From NCBI GenBank assembly GCA_965240325.2, contig OZ251234.1, forward strand, positions 992,001 to 1,056,000: 64,000 nt of DNA, written 5' to 3'. A program made the position numbers and the translations under genes. Of this stretch, positions 45,234-55,471 are shown piece by piece (positions within the stretch are counted from its first letter, which is position 1; each line of letters begins with the position of its first letter). The stretch is from Rebecca billardiae RCC1528 (Eukaryota > Protista > Haptophyta). The notes under the pieces were generated by a model, which had not been told where the DNA came from, made no database searches, and saw nothing but the letters and a program-made list of their open reading frames with translations.

Positions 45234-48200
45234 CTTTCACCTTTTAAATTCCCCTTTATAACGGGCTCCGGGTGATCAGACTGGCGGCCGAAGCCTCCAG
45301 CCCTACCCTGGCCAGCCCCCAACCAACCACCACCCTCACCCAACCTCAAACCACTGACCGATACACCGAGTGCCTTGACACCACTCCGCTGTGGACAGCC
45401 CGCCTCCAGAGGGGGCGGGGGTATGCCATTGCCGACAGCATACAAGCCCAACCGACTGTGGGGTGGTCCCAGGTACCAGCAGTGCACTGCCTTGCAATTC
45501 GAGATCATCGAGTTTGAGCCGAGTCGGCAGACTGGGCACCCCCTAGGGCGCCCCAGTGTGGGCAGAGGGCCAGCCACTAGCCGATCCCTGCGCCGGGGAG
45601 GGGACGGAGGGGGCTGTCAGCGAGCCCAGTAGCTGGGCCGGGGTCTGGGCCACTGGTCCTGGCAGTGAGGCGCCTGTATTTCACTCGTGCTGCTATGGAG
45701 GCAGATGGTGTCATGTCAGACATGTGTGCGATATCGGGCATCAAGTCAGGGCGTGGGCCGCTGTAGGACGCAAGCAGAGTGGTGGCGATGGCTAATACGC
45801 CTGGGGAGGTGTCGTTTGCGCGCCTCTTTCTGCTGCTCTTTGCAGGGGGTTGCATACTTCGTTGCGCAGGCTGAGCCTGCCTGCCAGTTGGTGTTAGGAT
45901 AGGCACATTTGCCTGGTGGGGTGGGCAGTGTCGTTTGGGCGGGGGGCTGTCTTGCTGAGCTTGACTAGGAGGAGGCAGCCTGCGCCTGGGGGCTGCCAGT
46001 GTCTTGGCAGAGCCAGCAGGTGGCTGTGTGGCCTGCTGTCCAGTGTCTGACTGTGTAATGCCGTTGTGAGCTCCGTGACCAGTGCGACTGCCCGCAGCAG
46101 GGTCTGCCTCAATCTCAGGGCCCCCATGTGTCAACACATTGTCCGACGGACGCACATCGCTGCGAGCCAGTGGGGTAACATATTGGAGCGGCCATGCCAC
46201 AAGAGGTGTGGCAGGCTGCAGAGGCCACGCAATCACCATAGGGAGGGGGCGAGCACGCTGTAGGGGCCATGCCCGCAAGAGTAGCTGAGGGCGCACGTGG
46301 TGACCGCGCGCTATTGGCTGGTGCAGGTTGGCCTGCCCCGCGCCTGCCTGCCAGCCCTGGCCAGCCTGGGCAGGGGGTTGCTGCTGGATGACAGGTGGTC
46401 CCTGTAACTGATTATTCATGGCAATCACCCCTCCTGGGCCTGCCTGTGCCTGTGGGGGCGGGGGCTGCCCCCCCTGGTCGTGCCCAGGCGGCGGCCGAAG
46501 CTCCCTGGCATGTCGGAGGAGACGCCCTGCCTTTGACAGCTGGGAGTCCACGTCCTTGCGGGCCTGCATGATGCCTAGCCCTGCCTTCAGTAAGGCCACG
46601 TGCATGGTCCTGCCGAGATGCACGTTGCCCCCCACAGTGGTCTTCAGTGTGCTGGGCACCCTGCCCAAGAGGGCAGCCCCAGAGCACACATGTCGCGCCA
46701 AGTTCCATGCTGCAGCCTGTCCCTGCATGAAGGGCTCAATTATATGCGATATGCTTCTGGCAGCAGCCTCGCGGTAGGCATCGACCTCAGGGCACTCGGA
46801 GAAGAGGTGGTGTTCAGTATCTGGCGCTGGATGTAGCAGTGGAGTATGATCACAGAGGGGGCAGGCATCGCTAAATGCAGCCCCGGACTGGAATCGCACA
46901 GATAACAACGTCGGGTCTCGCAGGGCAGCCGGCTGCAGGAACTCATATCCGTGGTGGAGTATGTAGTAGGCAGGCACAGTGCTGGCCTGCCAGGTCCGTA
47001 GGATGCCAGTGGAGGCCTCTGGCCACACGCCAGTCCATTCACCCACCAAGTCACAGCTGGACTTGGTGGCTTGCAGGTGCGTTGCCCTTTGTGACAGCAC
47101 ACTGTCATACACAAGGGGCTTGATTCTGCCTGCCACTGGCTCTCCGTTGGCCAGCTGTACCAGCGCATGAGAACCCGCATTTGGGTGGCCACCTCTCTTG
47201 TGAGTCACACAGGGGGTTGTGGGGTCAGAGCAGCATAGCTTGGCCCCAGCATCGCTGCATGCGTTGAGCAGGGTTTTGGGGTTCATCCCTGCTTGGCGCA
47301 AAGCCGCCACACTGTGTTGGCTGACAGTGCAGTGATGGTCCCCCTGAGTGTGAGTGAGGCTGAGGTGGAGCGCTGCAGCATCGTCAGCAGAGTGCGACTT
47401 GACATGCTCAAATGAAGTGGTGCTGCCATGCATCAAGCGGCGCCAGCCCACCAGGCTCATGACCCTGGCGATGTATGGTGCGTACGCGTGGTGCCCCTGC
47501 CGCAGCCGTCGGTCCCAGGGGTCGTTTTGCCACATTTCGGCGGCCTTTACCATTTCCTGCAGGTCAGTGCACACCAGCAGGTTGGCGGTGGGGTCTATCT
47601 GCACCAATGCATCGGTGATGGCCATGAATTCGGCTGGGCCTGGTGCCCGGTGCCCCTCGAACTTGGAGCAATACACATGCACAGGGGCAGTGTAATTGTT
47701 GCCACTGAAGAAGGAAAAGGCACATGCAGCCTGTCCGTTCTCTGCATCGAATGAGCCGTCAGTGGCCACCATTAGCATGCCAGGTACAGGAAGTGCCGGC
47801 AGATGGCGGGGATTGGGTGGATCACAGATAGTGCGCTTGGCGACAGGCACGTGCCCCAGGTACCTGTAGTAGCTCTGGTCGGTCAGGACTGCCCTCAGCA
47901 TATCCCTCACTGCCAGTATCACCGCCGGGCGGGACCTATGTGGCAGTGAGGACAGCTCAGCATAGAACGCAGTGGAGACCATCTGTCTTGGTGGCTGCTG
48001 CATGAGCACACCTAGCAACACGTGCTGGGTACCGTTCACCAGTGAGTGCTCGATCCGGCTGAGCATCTCTCCGTTCGCGTCAGGGAGGCCGCGTGGTGCC
48101 AAGCAGGGGAGGGCAGCTGCCCCTGGCATTGCTGCGAGTCTTGTATATGCCCTGTGGGTCCGGTTTGTGGCCAGCATCCCGAGACCGGGGGCCAGCTGCT

Positions 48201-51067
48201 GCATCAGCTTGCTGCCGAGGTTCACTTCGGATGGGAGCAGTGCCCACCCCATGCGTCGTACAGAATTTCTCCCGGTGACGATGGTGGAGGCAAATGTAGA
48301 GGCGCCGCGTACGCACGCCCGCGCCGGGTGCTCGACTGATTGCAGGGCACCCATGGCTGCCATGGACGTGCGCGCACATAGCCCATGTGGGTCATCTGCC
48401 AGGAAGTGGTAGTACGCGTGTGCCTGGACACTCTCCAGGTGCGCATGTAGATTGATGAGGCCGAGGCCCAGGAACTGGGGAGGAAAGCACGCTGCCTCGT
48501 ATGCGATGCGCCCTGGCAGGGCAGCACTCCTGACCACTGGCTCCACCATGAGGCTCTGCAGCTGGTTGAGTCTGCCCCTGGACATGCCAACCACCTCGCA
48601 GAAGTAGAATAATATCGACGTGACATCCCACACAGTGAGCAGCTTTTTGGTCTCGGTACAGCAGTCAGCTGCCTGCACCCGCGCGGCGGCTTTGGCCACT
48701 CTGGCCTTGAGACTGGCGAACATCCTGTCCGTTGCCAGGTGAATGTTGGTCACCACCCCTGCATACGTGAAGTATTCGCCATCCTGCAACGTGTCTATGA
48801 GGGCAGCTTGTCCAGTTGCCCTGTTGATGACCTGTATTGGGTCCACCTGTGCGTGCCCAGGGGGCACATACACTGCCACCTTGGATTTGGGGTAGTTGGG
48901 CTCCATATCATAGTACCACAAAAAGTCGATGAGGTCCTGCATCATGGCTGTGATGTCTGCTCTGCTGTGCGCGTACAAATTGATATCGTCCATGATAGCA
49001 GTGGCCACCACTGTCACCTGCCCTGCAGCAGCGTCCGCGTCGTCTGAGCTGCATTTGGACTGTACATGGTACCCGCCATGCCTGCTCTTCAGGTACCTGA
49101 GGAACATGTTGATGAACAGGCAGAACTTAGTGGAGCTGGCAGGGTCACCTTGCTTCGTGCCACACCGTAAGCGTACACTATCGGTGGGCCCGTATGGTGT
49201 CCTCACCACCACATCATGCCCCTCTCCCAAGGAGCGCATGAGGGTATAGAACATGGCTGGGTACCCATGGCTGCGGAAGCCATCCTCAATGCCTTGGTAT
49301 GGCACAGTGTCGAAGGCTTTTTGAATGTCCATCAGTGCACAAAACAGCGTGCGCCTGGAACGGTGTGCATCGGCCACCACGTTGGCAAAGACAGCGACTT
49401 GCTGTACCACTTGCCCCCCCTCTCTGCTGGCAGCCTGTTCCGGCTCGATCAGCCTGAGCCTGTCGGACGCAGCTTGCATGACGTTGTTTTGGTGTCTTGC
49501 CATGATTTTGTACACCACACTGTTGAGTGTTATGCCCCTGTAATTCCCGAGCACGTGCATATCCCCTTGCTTGTGTAATGAGACCACCTCACCTTGCTGG
49601 AGTCCGTCCAGCAGAGTCCCTGTCGCGTACATGACTGCACAGAGATTAGATATAATAGTGGCGATCGGGCCAGGGTGCCCTGCCCCCTGTCCCCTGGCTG
49701 CCCCCTGCTGGGTACCAGTCTGCCGTGCAGCGTGCTGCCTGTGTGTGCGCGTGCCGCTTGGCTGTACCGGCTCGTCGCGCTCGGCATGGTGTCCTTCCAA
49801 GAGCTTGAGGACATTGTACTGTATGCCATCTGGACCAGGCGCCGAGTTGCCTCCCACCTCAGATGTGATGATGTGTCGTATTTGTGCGGGAGTGGGTGGC
49901 GCTCCGAGGGCAGTGACATATGCGTCCCCCTGCTCAGTACGCCATGCGGCCCTGATGTCGTGCCACAGGTGACTGCCAGCGTGCCAAGGAGGCCTGCCCT
50001 CTGGCCGAGTGTATTGTCGCTCCAGGAGGCCCTGGTAGTGCCCCCTGTACTCCGATTTCACATCGTCAACGCTGGTGGCCAGTGCCCCATCGCTCCGTCT
50101 GACGATGGTCGGCAGTGTGATGGGGTCCTTGGCATACACCATGACACGCAGTTTGTGCGAGTTCTTTTTGGTCTCAACCTTGACTTTGGCGAACCACGCC
50201 CTCTTTTGTTCATCGGCCTGCTGCTGCCACACAGCTTTCACTTGTGCGCGGCTTGTCCTGCATTGCTGCTGCACGATTTGTCTCCAACGCTGGTGGGACA
50301 GAAATGGCCCTACTGGCACCTGTCCGTGCGGCCCCATTGCCACTTGTATCCAGTGCTGGGACTGTGCAGCTCCAGTGCCCCAGGTGCGCTCGTACCTACG
50401 CACTGCTCTGAGCACTGCTGGGCCAGCTGGCAGCCCAGCAGCTGTTCTGTTAGCCAGAATATCGCCCGCATGCAGCGCAGCAGAGGCAGCATCTGCCTTG
50501 GATTTGTGTTGACCCGCTGCTTGGCCCGCTGTGGCTGGTCGGATCTTCAGGGGAGTGTCTGGCTGTCCGTCATACACACTGGGTTGCTCCAGTGCAGTTG
50601 CCATGTCCCTGGTGGCCAGTGTATTCAGGTGTCTCAGTGCTGTCAGCGCAGTGGCTGCAGTCGTCACCAGCGAAGGTTGCACCAGCATATGTGCCGGCAC
50701 AGGAGCCTCAGCAAAGTCCGCAATGTGTGGTGGCAGGCCCTCCATCCACATCGCAAGTAGTTGTTTGGCTTTATTCCAGTCAGGTGACGTCTTTCCCAGG
50801 TCCACACGTATGTGCCTGGGAGGTTGCACAGGTGAGGCCAGTACTGCAGCAGCGCCGCGGAGTGCCACCGAGTGAATCCGGCCATATATTGGGATGTGTG
50901 CTCCTGGCATTCGCAGTGTGGCCTTTTCCGATATGTCCATGTGTCCGGTGTGCCCAACTGTGTCCATGTTGGAGAATATGTAGTCACCGACCGTCGTTTT
51001 GCCAGGCTACCATGCATGTAGTCATTCTGATGAACAGGGACACCAGATCCACAGTGATTAATAATAC
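45234..51067 (-). mobile_element. 5'-truncated non-LTR retrotransposon (LINE)
   Basis: Compositionally distinct block (CpG-poor, CA/TG-rich) containing an RT ORF. Candidate 7-bp TSD CGCTCAA at 45227-45233 and 51068-51074. Confidence 0.85.
45577..50967 (-). CDS. LINE ORF2: APE endonuclease C-terminal remnant, reverse transcriptase, RNase H, C-terminal CxxC..H..C zinc finger
   Basis: RT: SAPGPDGI, NYRGITL, MDIQKAFDTV, GTKQGDPAS, IMDD. RNase H: ATDGS, AEFMAI, CTD, HVKSH, N..SD..AK. Zinc finger: CPLC..DTEHHLFSEC. APE end: DYIF (in frame just upstream of the ATG)...HIPI. Confidence 0.92.
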   Translation of the reverse strand: MDTVGHTGHMDISEKATLRMPGAHIPIYGRIHSVALRGAAAVLASPVQPPRHIRVDLGKTSPDWNKAKQLLAMWMEGLPPHIADFAEAPVPAHMLVQPSLVTTAATALTALRHLNTLATRDMATALEQPSVYDGQPDTPLKIRPATAGQAAGQHKSKADAASAALHAGDILANRTAAGLPAGPAVLRAVRRYERTWGTGAAQSQHWIQVAMGPHGQVPVGPFLSHQRWRQIVQQQCRTSRAQVKAVWQQQADEQKRAWFAKVKVETKKNSHKLRVMVYAKDPITLPTIVRRSDGALATSVDDVKSEYRGHYQGLLERQYTRPEGRPPWHAGSHLWHDIRAAWRTEQGDAYVTALGAPPTPAQIRHIITSEVGGNSAPGPDGIQYNVLKLLEGHHAERDEPVQPSGTRTHRQHAARQTGTQQGAARGQGAGHPGPIATIISNLCAVMYATGTLLDGLQQGEVVSLHKQGDMHVLGNYRGITLNSVVYKIMARHQNNVMQAASDRLRLIEPEQAASREGGQVVQQVAVFANVVADAHRSRRTLFCALMDIQKAFDTVPYQGIEDGFRSHGYPAMFYTLMRSLGEGHDVVVRTPYGPTDSVRLRCGTKQGDPASSTKFCLFINMFLRYLKSRHGGYHVQSKCSSDDADAAAGQVTVVATAIMDDINLYAHSRADITAMMQDLIDFLWYYDMEPNYPKSKVAVYVPPGHAQVDPIQVINRATGQAALIDTLQDGEYFTYAGVVTNIHLATDRMFASLKARVAKAAARVQAADCCTETKKLLTVWDVTSILFYFCEVVGMSRGRLNQLQSLMVEPVVRSAALPGRIAYEAACFPPQFLGLGLINLHAHLESVQAHAYYHFLADDPHGLCARTSMAAMGALQSVEHPARACVRGASTFASTIVTGRNSVRRMGWALLPSEVNLGSKLMQQLAPGLGMLATNRTHRAYTRLAAMPGAAALPCLAPRGLPDANGEMLSRIEHSLVNGTQHVLLGVLMQQPPRQMVSTAFYAELSSLPHRSRPAVILAVRDMLRAVLTDQSYYRYLGHVPVAKRTICDPPNPRHLPALPVPGMLMVATDGSFDAENGQAACAFSFFSGNNYTAPVHVYCSKFEGHRAPGPAEFMAITDALVQIDPTANLLVCTDLQEMVKAAEMWQNDPWDRRLRQGHHAYAPYIARVMSLVGWRRLMHGSTTSFEHVKSHSADDAAALHLSLTHTQGDHHCTVSQHSVAALRQAGMNPKTLLNACSDAGAKLCCSDPTTPCVTHKRGGHPNAGSHALVQLANGEPVAGRIKPLVYDSVLSQRATHLQATKSSCDLVGEWTGVWPEASTGILRTWQASTVPAYYILHHGYEFLQPAALRDPTLLSVRFQSGAAFSDACPLCDHTPLLHPAPDTEHHLFSECPEVDAYREAAARSISHIIEPFMQGQAAAWNLARHVCSGAALLGRVPSTLKTTVGGNVHLGRTMHVALLKAGLGIMQARKDVDSQLSKAGRLLRHARELRPPPGHDQGGQPPPPQAQAGPGGVIAMNNQLQGPPVIQQQPPAQAGQGWQAGAGQANLHQPIARGHHVRPQLLLRAWPLQRARPLPMVIAWPLQPATPLVAWPLQYVTPLARSDVRPSDNVLTHGGPEIEADPAAGSRTGHGAHNGITQSDTGQQATQPPAGSAKTLAAPRRRLPPPSQAQQDSPPPKRHCPPHQANVPILTPTGRQAQPAQRSMQPPAKSSRKRRANDTSPGVLAIATTLLASYSGPRPDLMPDIAHMSDMTPSASIAARVKYRRLTARTSGPDPGPATGLADSPLRPLPGAGIG

Positions 51068-51273
51068 CGCTCAAAGGCAATGACGCGCCCTTTATATTGA
51101 TAAAACTCTCTGATGGTGGACTGATTACTAGTGATTACTGTAGCCTTGAATGAGCTCGCTCATCAACGTGCTGTCGTAATAACTCGAGGACGACCGGCTG
51201 AGCGGCGACAGCAACAGACACCGCTCATCACTCATCAGCCAGGCCCGACCCGACGCGCGGGCTGATCCACCTC

Positions 51274-53121
51274 ATGGCGCCCAAGCCTGGCAAGCCAGCG
51301 TCCTCGGCGGTGAGCCGCCCGGCGTGGCGCAGCATATCATGGCCGGCCGTCCTGATTGTCGGCTTGATCGCTGTGCTCTTCTCGCGCTCCAGCACGCTGC
51401 TCGCGATTCCGGACGAGTACGCGCAGGCGATTGACGAGCTCGCGGCGCAGCTGCCCGAGGGCATCGCACGCTCCGCGGCGCAGGACGCGCTGCTCTCGCT
51501 GCGCTCGATGGCGGAGACACGGCCCGCCCCCACGCGCGCAGACAGCGTGGGCCAGCGCAGCGCAGCAGCCGGCATGCGCGCGCGCCACCCGGTCGTGCTG
51601 CTGCCCGGCTTCATCACGTCGGGGCTCGAGCTATGGCAGGGCGACGAGTGCGCGCGGCCGTTCTTCCGGCAGCGCTGGTGGGGCACTGCCTCCATGGTCA
51701 AGCTCCTCACTCTGCAGCCGCAGTGCTGGCTCCGCCACATGCAGCTCGACGCGGCGACTGGCACGGACCTTCCGGGCATCGCGCTGCGCCCGACCGCCGG
51801 CTTCGGCGCCGCGGACTACTTCTACGGCGGCTTCTGGGTGTGGGCCAAGCTCATCCAAGCGCTCAGCGAGATCGGGTACACGCCGTCCAACATGCACATG
51901 GCGAGCTACGACTGGCGCCTCCCGTACGCGCAGCTCGAGGCGCGCGACCGCTTCTTCTCCGGGCTGACGGCGCACATTGAGACGGTGACGGCGCCGCCCA
52001 ACCCGGCGAAAGCCGTCGTGATTGCGCACTCGATGGGCACGGTGCTGTGGACGTACTACGCGCAGTGGGTCGTCTCGCCCAGTGGCGGCAATCGCGCCGC
52101 GTCGTGGATCGAAGACCACGTGCACGCCGTCGCGTTTCTCGGCGGCCCGCTGCTCGGCGCGCACTCGGCGCTCGGAGGCATCGTGCTCGGCGAGTGCTCC
52201 GACTTCGCGCTGCTCACCGGCTCGGCGGGCCGCCAGCTCAACGCGGTGGTCAGCCCGGCGAAGCGCCGCAGCCTCTTCCGCTCGTGGGGCGCCGGCCAGA
52301 CGCTGCTGCCCAAGGGCGGCGACGCCGTGTGGGGCGGGCACGGCCCCGCGTTCCAGCGGCGGCGCGGCGCTGCCGACGGCGCTGCCGGCGGAGACAACAA
52401 CGAGCTCGTGCCTGTCCTGACGCTGGACGAGACGATGGCCATGCTCGAGCGCGATGCTGAGGCGAGCCAGGGGCGCTGGTCCTGGTGGTACGACCACGGT
52501 GCCATCGTCGGCCGCAACGAGAGCGAGCGCGCCGCGCTGCGTGCCCCGCCCGAGCGCGCGTGGGCGAACCCGCTGCTCGGCGCGCTGCCCCCCGCGCCGA
52601 GCACGACGTACTACTGCCTCAACGGCGTGGGCAAGCCGACGGATGTGGGCTACGTCGTCTCCGAGGACCTCGTGCGCGAGCAGCCGCCCGAGCCGCTCGG
52701 GGAGGGCGAGGCCGTGCCGTTCCTGCTCGACCGCGACGCGGCCGCGCATGGCGTCAAGCGCGCGACCGTCTTCGCAGACGGCGACGGCACCGTCGCGCTC
52801 GAGTCGATGGGGTACATGTGCGAGGGGCCGTGGGCGCGGCGGGGCAGCCCGCACAACCCGTCGGGCGTGCCCGTCGTCCTCCGCGAGTACGAGAACAAGA
52901 AGGGCCGCGCAGACGACCCGCTCGACACGATGCGCGGCGTGAGCGCCGAGTCGGCCGGCCACGTCGACATGCTCGGCAACGAGGAGCTGCTCGCCGACCT
53001 GATCGCCATCGCTTCCGGCCGCACGGACGCGCACCCAGTCGAGCGGCGGGTGCTCTCGGGCATCACCGAGCTGACGCGCGAGATTGACGAACGGCTGGGG
53101 ATGGTGCCGCCCGCCGCGTAG
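51274..53121 (+). CDS. PDAT: Phospholipid:diacylglycerol acyltransferase (LCAT family)
   Basis: N-terminal TM; HPVVLLPGFITSGLELW, CWLRHMQLD, YDWRL; catalytic triad motifs AHSMG, GDGTV, HVDMLGN. Confidence 0.9.
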   Translation: MAPKPGKPASSAVSRPAWRSISWPAVLIVGLIAVLFSRSSTLLAIPDEYAQAIDELAAQLPEGIARSAAQDALLSLRSMAETRPAPTRADSVGQRSAAAGMRARHPVVLLPGFITSGLELWQGDECARPFFRQRWWGTASMVKLLTLQPQCWLRHMQLDAATGTDLPGIALRPTAGFGAADYFYGGFWVWAKLIQALSEIGYTPSNMHMASYDWRLPYAQLEARDRFFSGLTAHIETVTAPPNPAKAVVIAHSMGTVLWTYYAQWVVSPSGGNRAASWIEDHVHAVAFLGGPLLGAHSALGGIVLGECSDFALLTGSAGRQLNAVVSPAKRRSLFRSWGAGQTLLPKGGDAVWGGHGPAFQRRRGAADGAAGGDNNELVPVLTLDETMAMLERDAEASQGRWSWWYDHGAIVGRNESERAALRAPPERAWANPLLGALPPAPSTTYYCLNGVGKPTDVGYVVSEDLVREQPPEPLGEGEAVPFLLDRDAAAHGVKRATVFADGDGTVALESMGYMCEGPWARRGSPHNPSGVPVVLREYENKKGRADDPLDTMRGVSAESAGHVDMLGNEELLADLIAIASGRTDAHPVERRVLSGITELTREIDERLGMVPPAA

Positions 53122-55471
53122 ACGTGCGCCGGGTATGCCAGAATGTGCCCGAAAGTGTCACCGACACCTCAGAAGCCTACTACTGCATAGTAGTATCACT
53201 AGACACTACGTACTACGCTAAGGCAGGGAAGGGATGTCTCCGGCCGGGCGCCGGACGACTCTGCTCTCTAGCTACTGCGAGTTTTTGGCGGCCGTCCTTC
53301 GGTCCTAAACTTGGCCGTTGACGAATGAGGCAACTTTTCTGTGGAAACGCTGGGTTTGGGGAAATGCACAGCTGTGGAGACACGTAGACGCGCTTGTACC
53401 CCGATTCCGATAGCGAATTCAGGCTCAACGGCCTGAAATAGCGCTCGCGATTCGATGATTGGTCGCGGAATCTGCATAAACCGAACTTCAGCGCCGACCA
53501 AGGTCTCCAGCTCAGTTCCACCTGGTCTGGGGCGCGCACGACCCGTCCAAGTCCACGCAACGGCAAGCACACGATGCGGCTGGCATTGCGCTTCGATCCG
53601 ATCGTTGCGGCGACGTGCGTGTTCGGAGGTGCATACGCGATGGTCGCGCTCGGCAATATCGCCGCGTCGACCCCGCCTTTCTCGCCACCTCCGACGCGGA
53701 AACGGGCATCGGACGCGCGTACACCCACGGGATGGACGCGCTGGACGCACTGGACGTGAACGCGTGCTCCACTGCAACGCGAGCACTGGGGTCTTTGACC
53801 AGCTCTGCGGAGCTACTCCGCACGTGCTACGACACAGCTTCGTTCGGGCATGCACACGCGCAGGAGCGAAAGGCACCCGAGACAACGCGCACAACGGTTC
53901 AGATTTTACGAGCACCGCACCGCCTTTGTAGCGCTCATCACTGATCGGTGGCACAACCTGGGCTCACGTTGGGAATCTCAAATTGGCCCATCCGTATCAC
54001 GATCTACTAGGTGCGCCATTGGTGGAGAACGACGAGTCCGTGTTCCGCGTAGTCACACGGTTCGAGGCTGCGAGCTCATTCACTCGTTGACACGGACCGG
54101 GTCGGGTCGGCGAGAGAGTGCCAGCTGAGGCGGCACTTTACGTTCAGTGGCCGGTCTGTCCGAGCTCGCGCCGAAGTCGACGCTGAAATTGACCGTACGT
54201 TGCGCCCGTTGTAGCTAGCAGACCGTTGAATGCCATAGGCAGGCGCGGTGGGCACTGACGACCGGACCGGCCGGCGACCGCGGACCGCGCGCGTCGCCCA
54301 CTGGACGCTGCGGGACGCGGCCGCGACGGTCGGCCGCGGAGTCGGCCGCGGGCCTTTACAATATGAAATATAAGCTGCTGATACTGATGATTCAATATTC
54401 GTCCGCCGCCTTGTAATGAATAAGTCCGCGCCGTGGCCGCATGCCAGTGTCGTTAAATCATAGAATGAGCCTAAATCGTCAGTCAGTCCCGGAATGAGAG
54501 ACCGAGTTAGAAGTGTCAGCAGATTTATTGACTGTCTCGGAACTTATTATTCCGATTGAGCTTGAGCAGTGAGATCCGACCGCTTCGTCTGAGTCTGACG
54601 ACAGTTGATCACGGTCAATTAACTAGTACGGTAGAGTGAATTGTTTGTCACTGAATACGGCAGTTCATTACTGCGGTCTTGAAAGGTATTCTACTCATTT
54701 TGCGAATTGAGAAATAAATTTCTCAATCACGCCACGGAGTACGGCCGGGCGGGCCAGTACGGGACTGACTCGCGTGTAACTGCAATTGATTATTCAGTAT
54801 ACTTTCTGAGTGCTGAAATATCTGGGCCTGGCTCTCCGTCGGCCCGACGAGCCCCGACTACTCTGGATGGAATTCGGGAATCATTATTTAAAGAGAGTTA
54901 CCGCCGCGTCACGCAGACGACTACGGTATCGCAGTCGTCAACGCGGCTCGGTCGCTTCAGTGCCGACTCAGCGGCTGTAGAGTGTCACCCGCCCGCGCGG
55001 CCGTCCGAGGGGTTGCCAGCGAACAGTCTGCGCGGTGCCAAGTGCTCACCGCCACTGTACGTCGTCACGGCGCCCGGGCGGCCCGCGCCGCCTCTGCCGA
55101 GTCTGCGCCAGGCGGTGAGACGTGAGTGATGCTGCGAATCTGATCATGGCGACTGGCTGCGGCCTGGCCGCGCGAGGCCCGGCAACGGTAACTACTAACT
55201 AGCGCGGGCAGTCCGACTTTTGACATCAAGACCTGCTGCCGGCATTATGAGTCATTTGAGTCACCCCGTGGGCCCCGTGTCCCGTGATCGGTCTCGGGTC
55301 TCGCACCGACGTGGCGACGTCCGACCCGCGTCCGCCTGAAGAGCCCAGATACGCGGACGTCTGACATATATTTGAGAATGATGCCGCGCCAATACTACTG
55401 GCTTATTCACATATCAGTAAATCGGCGATTAAATCATCATATTGTTATAATAATGTATAATATACCGAATT

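Noticed and set aside
45210-51106. Retroelement with its own terminal inverted repeats (DIRS-like)
   Set aside because: The inverted match lies outside the candidate TSD, the RT motifs are LINE-type, and no tyrosine recombinase is seen.
53213-54130. ORFs downstream of PDAT
   Set aside because: No motifs, atypical codon usage and no convincing termini.
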